A DNA stretch of 63,054 bases, counting the filler, from Octopus bimaculoides (lineage: Eukaryota), in the NCBI RefSeq assembly GCF_001194135.2. It is 4 parts of 3 records of this genome, joined end to end, with 100 filler letters (N's around TTAATTAATTAA, not from the genome) between each part and the next. Parts side by side here need not be neighbours in the genome. Positions count along the whole stretch, not along the records: positions 42,874 to 61,457 come from NC_068989.1; positions 61,558 to 63,054 come from NC_068988.1; 2 more parts are not named here. The stretch is one strand, 5' to 3'. A program made the translations under genes and the position numbers. Below the pieces are notes generated by a model that was not told the DNA's origin, made no database searches, and worked only from the letters and a program-made list of their open reading frames with translations. Shown here piece by piece: positions 56,435 through 63,054 of the stretch. Each line of letters opens with the position of its first letter. The stretch's first letter is position 1.

Positions 56435-57554
56435 TCTCTCTCTCTCTCAATGGGTTTGTGAAAAAGTGGGTGAGTGAAAGGTGCTACTCTTATCATGCTC
56501 CTGTAGATTGGAGAACAACAATTGGATGAAAACTCATAACTTTGTTGGTCAGGGTAATCCTGGATCTATGGGTCCTGTGATTGCCCTTAGTTGGAAAGTC
56601 CCCTGTATCAGAAGAACTGCATCATTCGTGTTATATACATTAAATATGTATAATAATATGTATTCTTCTATCACATTTCACCATCTTTTCTCCCTTTTCA
56701 TTTCCCTCATCGTTTATGTAACCCACCACCCACAAATTGAAGATCGTCTTCATGTATGTCCCTGTGGCACATAAAAAAAAATCATCATCATAACCCCCCC
56801 CCCAAAAAAAAACCCCAAACAAAAAGAAAACTCTTTTATTAAGAGTAATTTTTATATTTATTTGTTGCAAGATCAGCGACTGGTTGTCACTTATTTTCTA
56901 TATATTGCAAGCTGGAGCGAACTACTGCTATGTCTAGCGGATGGGTATCCACCACCGAGGATGAACACAAAAAGCTCGAAATCGTACGGTTTGGTGGTCC
57001 TGTCACTCGAAGATCGCAGGGGTTGGCTCCCCTGCTTGTAATATGTATCGGGTGCAGATTGCATCGAATAACCAACTGGAAGGGCCGTCTCCTGAGAGTT
57101 AAAATGGTAGATGCGTCAGTTTCTGCGGAACAGCCATGTTGAAGTGGCGATAAACATTATTTGTCAGTACAGTAACTACTTTAATCTCTTGTTGAAATTT
57201 TCTAAAATTTTTTATATTTATTTTCACTTCACATAAGTACAACATAAAATATTTGTTAGTCTCTCACACAATTAAATTTACAATCTCATTATTGAAAATT
57301 GCCGTAAAATATTCACTTTCCTTTGCATCCGGCATGAGCATAAATTCATTTGTTATGTCCGCGTTGTACAAATGTACATCAATTAATGGTGTCCGCTGTT
57401 CTCTAATGAAACATCAATTGCTAATGTCCGCCACTTACGACTGAGTCCAAGACAGCGTGTCTGATTCCACTTGTATCATATTCCATACAATAGCGGTTTT
57501 AATTCTTCTGTAGGTTCCAGCCATAGAGTGAATGGAAGCTGAGGTTACAATATA

Positions 57555-57896
57555 CAGGGTGATTCAAAAATCACCATACATAGGAAAAAATTATTTTTTT
57601 TATAGGAAACAGTTAAATGAAAAAGACTATTTCTTATAAAAAAATGAATTGCTCTTATGTATGCGCTTTACTCTTTTACTCTTTTATTCTTTTACTTGTT
57701 TCAGTCATTTGACTGTGGCCATGCTGGAGCACCGCCTTTAGTCAAGCAAATCGACGCCAGGACTTATTCTTTGTAAGCCGAGTACTTATTCTATCGGTAT
57801 CTTTTGCCGAACCGCTAAGTTACGGGGGCGTAAACAAACCAGCATCGGTTGTCAAGCAATGTTGTGGGGACAAACAGACACACAAACACAGACACA

Positions 57897-57941
<45 letters not shown>

Positions 57942-58111
57942 GACGGGCTTCTTTCAGTTTCCGTCTACCAAATCCACCCACAAAGCTTTGGTCGGCCCGA
58001 GGCTATAGTAGAAGACACTTGCTCAAAGTGCCACGCAGTGCGACTGAACCCGGAACCACACAGCTAGTTACCACACAGCCACTCCTGTATGGCGACTTTT
58101 GAATCACCCTG
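57555..58111 (+). mobile_element. Tc1/mariner-type MITE with a SINE inserted inside
   Basis: TIRs CAGGGTGATTCAAAA / TTTTGAATCACCCTG, TA flanks; SINE at about 57680-58080. Confidence 0.85.
57680..58080 (-). mobile_element. Long bipartite SINE, family B/C (tRNA head, CORE-like body, internal microsatellite, conserved tail)
   Basis: Minus strand: GTGGCTGTGTGG... head, GGCAC..TTG(A/G)GCAAGTGTCTT body, (TA)/(TG)n, tail CTTAGCGGTTCGGCAAAAG...GACTGAAACAAGTAAAAGA. Same layout at about 9880-10160, 10190-10510, 29660-29970, 40630-41090; halves at 22090, 25190, 29450, 29990, 32110, 34380, 50750, 60240. Confidence 0.8.
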
Positions 58112-58918
58112 TATACTAGAACACAAGCTGGGCGTACTTCATTGTGTGATAAAACCCAGAATCAATCCAAAAGACGCGCACACACAACTACAGACAAACA
58201 ACACACACGTCTATATTATTATTATCTTTATGATCCAGGCGGCGATCTGGCAAAATGGTTAACACGCTGGATGAAATGCTTAGCGTATTTCGCCTTTCGC
58301 TACATTCTGAGTTCAAATTCCGCCGAGGTCGACTTTACCTTTCATCCTTTCGGGGTCGATAAATTATGTACTAGTAAAATATTGGGGTTGATATAATCGA
58401 CTTATACCCTGCCTCAAAAATAGCTGCCCTTGTGGAAAAATTTGAAACCACTATTATCTTTATAATTTATATATGGGGATGTTGAATGCATCAGCATAAC
58501 ATTTTAATGAAATACAGTAAAAGAAAAAAAGAGGTATGTAGACGGGAAAATATGATGTCTCCGACCCTCATCGAATCTGATTTCATTGTTATGAACGATC
58601 CATCAGTCGGGAAGCCAGAAGTCGAAATTATCAGAGCAATATCTAGTCACCATGGTGAAGCTTAGAAGAAAGTTCGGTGATGAATTGTGATAGAGATTAT
58701 AATATTGTCGAACGTTAATGAAATAGATGTAAGATTGGACTGCTGTATGAGAGGTAACTACCCCGTCCTTTTATGCTTGGAATTCGAAGTATGACAGAGA
58801 ATTTGGTTGCGTAAAAATTCACATAAGTGTTAAATATCAATATTGTATAAAATCGATGTTACTGTATATACTTCCATGCGTTAGATATGGCAGAAAACAA
58901 TGCATTTATATAATGAAC

Positions 58919-58949
<31 letters not shown>

Positions 58950-59238
58950 TACACACACACGTCTGTATTCATATATATGTGCATGTATGTATTTATCCAT
59001 ATATGTATCTATATACGTATATATAAACACATACATGTACATACATAGATACATACCTATATACGCACATTTATATATATACACACATATATATCATGCA
59101 TACATATATCTACATAGATACATGCATACACACACATAAATATATATATGTATATATATGTGTGTGTATATATATATATATATGTATATGCATGCATATA
59201 TATATATGTGTATATATATATATATGTATATATATGCG

Positions 59239-59277
<39 letters not shown>

Positions 59278-60597
59278 ATACATACATATATATATATATA
59301 CATATATATATANNNNNNNNNNNNNNNNNNNNNNNNNNNNNNNNNNNNNNNNNNNNNNNNNNNNNNNNNNNNNNNNNNNNNNNNNNNNNNNNNNNNNNNN
59401 NNNNNNNNNNNNNNNNNNNNNNNNNNNNNNNNNNNNNNNNNNNNNNNNNNNNNNNNNNNNNNNNNNNNNNNNNNNNNNNNNNNNNNNNNNNNNNNNNNNN
59501 NNNNNNNNNNNNNNNNNNNNNNNNNNNNNNNNNNNNNNNNNNNNNNNNNNNNNNNNNNNNNNNNNNNNNNNNNNNNNNNNNNNNNNNNNNNNNNNNNNNN
59601 NNNNNNNNNNNNNNNNNNNNNNNNNNNNNNNNNNNNNNNNNNNNNNNNNNNNNNNNNNNNNNNNNNNNNNNNNNNNNNNNNNNNNNNNNNNNNNNNNNNN
59701 NNNNNNNNNNNNNNNNNNNNNNNNNNNNNNNNNNNNNNNNNNNNNNNNNNNNNNNNNNNNNNNNNNNNNNNNNNNNNNNNNNNNNNNNNNNNNNNNNNNN
59801 NNNNNNNNNNNNNNNNNNNNNNNNNNNNNNNNNNNNNNNNNNNNNNNNNNNNNNNNNNNNNNNNNNNNNNNNNNNNNNNNNNNNNNNNNNNNNNNNNNNN
59901 NNNNNNNNNNNNNNNNNNNNNNNNNNNNNNNNNNNNNNNNNNNNNNNNNNNNNNNNNNNNNNNNNNNNNNNNNNNNNNNNNNNNNNNNNNNNNNNNNNNN
60001 NNNNNNNNNNNNNNNNNNNNNNNNNNNNNNNNNNNNNNNNNNNNNNNNNNNNNNNNNNNNNNNNNNNNNNNNNNNNNNNNNNNNNNNNNNNTGTTTTTTT
60101 TTGTTTTCCTTTAATTTATTTTTGTAATCAAAAGTTTGGTCTAGATGTTTGCACAATTTATTCTGCAGCTAGACTATATATAGATTTTTGTTTAATTATT
60201 TATGCATTTCAGCATATTTTTAAGTGTTAAATACAAATAGGTGCAGGCGTGGACGTGTGGTAAGAAGGTTGCTTCCTGACCACATCGTTCCGGGTTCACT
60301 CCCACTGCGTGACAACTTGGGCAATTGTCTTCTAGTATAACCTCGGGCCGACCAAAGCCTTGTGAGTGGATTTGGTTGACGGAAACTGGAAGAAGTCCAT
60401 CATATATATTGTATATGCATATATTCTTGTGTATCTGAGTTTGTGTTTGGCCTTTCGATCCATTCCAAGTGACTTCATAGTAGTCCTTATGCCGTCCTTA
60501 AATCTCTTTTTGGGTTTACACCGATTGCATTTATACATACATGCATACATACATGCATACATATATACATACATACATGCATGCATGCATGTATGCA

Positions 60598-60628
<31 letters not shown>

Positions 60629-61457
60629 GTAATATATACATACATACATACATACATATATACATACAGCCATCACTGGAACTGTAAAAATCTGTAAAGC
60701 CTTCCAGAAGTTTATCATTTATGTATATATGGACATGTTTAGACATGCAAGTATACGTATGAGAATACATACATAAAACAAAACATGAAAATCTGCACAT
60801 ATACATACATACATGCATACATACATACATACAGAGATACATAGATACATAAATACAAAAATACCCTGTTGATATTGAAATTGCAATGAAGGAGTTTCGG
60901 ATCTAGGTTATCTTTCTCTACTGGCAAGAATTCTTGAAATAAAACCGAAAAATGTCATACATACATATAAATATATAAAAATTGCGAATCAGGAATCAGA
61001 GTGTAGGAAATGAGTGACAGGTATAACGAAATGCGAGCTGTGTACTACAAGAAAGAATAACAATTTATTGTTTATCGATATTTACACACTTTTCCTCATA
61101 TCGAAGTTGCGAGGAAATTCGATGAGCTCATAGTTTATATATGGGTGACAGCTGGCTACTGGAGCTACTATACATGATAATAAAATTCCAAGTTTAGTGA
61201 GTGGAACAGGTAACATGCTCAACACTTTACGTATTAATTATGCAATAAGTAATGTTTAGGCTGGTTAACCTTAATGAAATGAAGGTTACATTGTCGCTCG
61301 GAACTTCTAAGTCCACCCCACCAGTGTGGTGCGTTCGGTCATTAGATTTCGACTATGAAAAGTTTCGCCGAAAAAAATCGACCTCTAATATTTTATTTAA
61401 AGCTTGGTACCAATAAAGCAGTGGTGGATAAATACACACACACACACACACACACAC

Positions 61458-61557
61458 NNNNNNNNNNNNNNNNNNNNNNNNNNNNNNNNNNNNNNNNNNN
61501 NTTAATTAATTAANNNNNNNNNNNNNNNNNNNNNNNNNNNNNNNNNNNNNNNNNNNN
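61458..61557. other. Artificial 100-bp assembly spacer
   Basis: 44 N + TTAATTAATTAA + 44 N. Confidence 0.9.
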
Positions 61558-62554
61558 TATATATATATATATGTACGTATAAATATGTATGCATGTATGT
61601 ATGCATTTGAACACACACCATGCACACATACACAAGCACACACACACACACACACGCAGATATATATGTATATATACGTACACACACACACATGTGTATA
61701 TATGTATACACACATAAAACACAAACAGATCTCAATTTAGACGATGGGTGTTCTGTTTTTCTCAATCAGTTCAATTCGCTACTCAGAAAATTAGTTGGTG
61801 AATATTGGAAAGACAGGCGTACTTTAGCATAATCGTCTGTCACAAGCAATACATAAGGCTCATTTCGCTTGAAAAGGCTTCATTCCTGAATTACAAATAT
61901 AATCTAAGAAGTCCTCTGAAGACTATTTTTGTTTTTTACTTCTTTCAGTCAGTAAACGGTGACCATGTCGGGTGAAGGACATAATATGGTAAAAGTGATT
62001 AGCATGAGATGCTACTCATCAACCTCTTACTTCAGCGTATACTTCGTAAACTTCAAGTCATACTGTGTATATTTATGCACACAAACAATCACACTCCCCT
62101 TCCACACCCACCCACCCCACACACCCCACACATAATATATATAGTGTGTGTGTGTGTGTGTATATGTGTTTTAACGAATCTGAGTTGAGTTCATATATAC
62201 ACTGCGTTTCAAATTATTCACGATGTAATATTTTAGAAATTTTATTTCGAAACTACTCGCTGGAATTCAACGAAATTTTCACAGAATAATGGCAAAAGTT
62301 GTATTCGCGTGGTGTGTAACAAATGTGAGGTTTCGTAAAAGAACACAGAGACTACGGTCGCTTACCATATTTACGTAAACTTTCACTGTTTCAAATTATC
62401 ATGTAAACGAGAAAATATGAAATTAACTGTTTGGTGTATATACTGAAATTAATACATAGTCATAAATATTGAAGGAATAGAAATAAGCAAGCCTTCGTTT
62501 GAAATAAGTTGAGAAAGGCGCTGGTTCATGGAACATGCTAACTTCTGGATCTCC

Positions 62555-62960
62555 TCTGATATTAAGTCTCCTCTGAGTTTAAGTCATGGAAACAGACAGG
62601 CCACTTCGTCTTCCGAGGTCCACAGAAGCCTCATTGTAGCAGATTCTCTGTAGTTAACTTCGTTGAGTGCGAGGTAAATACGTTGGTGAATACGTCCATT
62701 CCTTCAGCCGAAAAAGAATCGCGCACGAAAATGTCGGACCCACCCTTTCTTCTACCGAAACGATCTGCACGGATGGCTGTAAAATTCTTCACTCTCACCT
62801 CAACTTCTAAGTGGAGGTTATTGGGATGGGTTTCTGTGATGATTAAAAAAGGGATATGGTGTGGATTGTCATTAATCCAGTCCCCAATAAGTTGGATCTT
62901 CCACTTTTGGGCATTGGTGGAAGGGCTGATGCCTTGTGCATTGAGCAAAACTTTTGAGGC
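62555..62960 (-). mobile_element. LINE ORF2 apurinic-like endonuclease fragment (possibly CR1 clade, internally deleted)
   Basis: LNAQG...ITETH...RADRFGRRKGGSDIFVR APE motifs; an LRGDLI peptide at 62560-62577 resembles the CR1 ORF2 C-terminus (weak). Confidence 0.75.
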
Positions 62961-63020
62961 GATAGTGGTGGCTGATTTTGACTGTTTTGGAGATTTGCTT
63001 GTTCATGGCGGCAATGGAAG

Positions 63021-63053
<33 letters not shown>

Positions 63054-63054
63054 T

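Overview
AT-rich, microsatellite-saturated eukaryotic draft-assembly DNA. The repeat families and simple-repeat load resemble an Octopus-type cephalopod (inference, not verified). One protein-coding gene can be reconstructed: a + strand clan-3 cytochrome P450 (CYP3A-like) from ATG 17714 to TAG 32989. It has 13 visible exons with canonical GT-AG junctions and consistent phases, and one further exon (exon 9) is probably hidden in the N-gap at 28106-28590. Its intron positions match human CYP3A4 closely, with one extra intron. The rest is microsatellite, several tRNA-derived SINE families, MITEs (Tc1/mariner-, hAT- and Helentron-type) and decayed transposon fragments (two mariner, pogo, RTE, R4/Dong, CR1-like, Penelope-like). 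The most unusual item is a tRNA-headed segment lying back-to-back with a degenerate Penelope-type hammerhead-ribozyme motif about 0.7 kb upstream of the P450. Almost all entries in the supplied ORF track are artefacts of simple repeats or N-runs. Three artificial 44N-TTAATTAATTAA-44N spacers mark joins across which contiguity is unproven. I found no CRISPR array, rRNA gene or intact tRNA gene, and I cannot confirm any new biological system from sequence alone.
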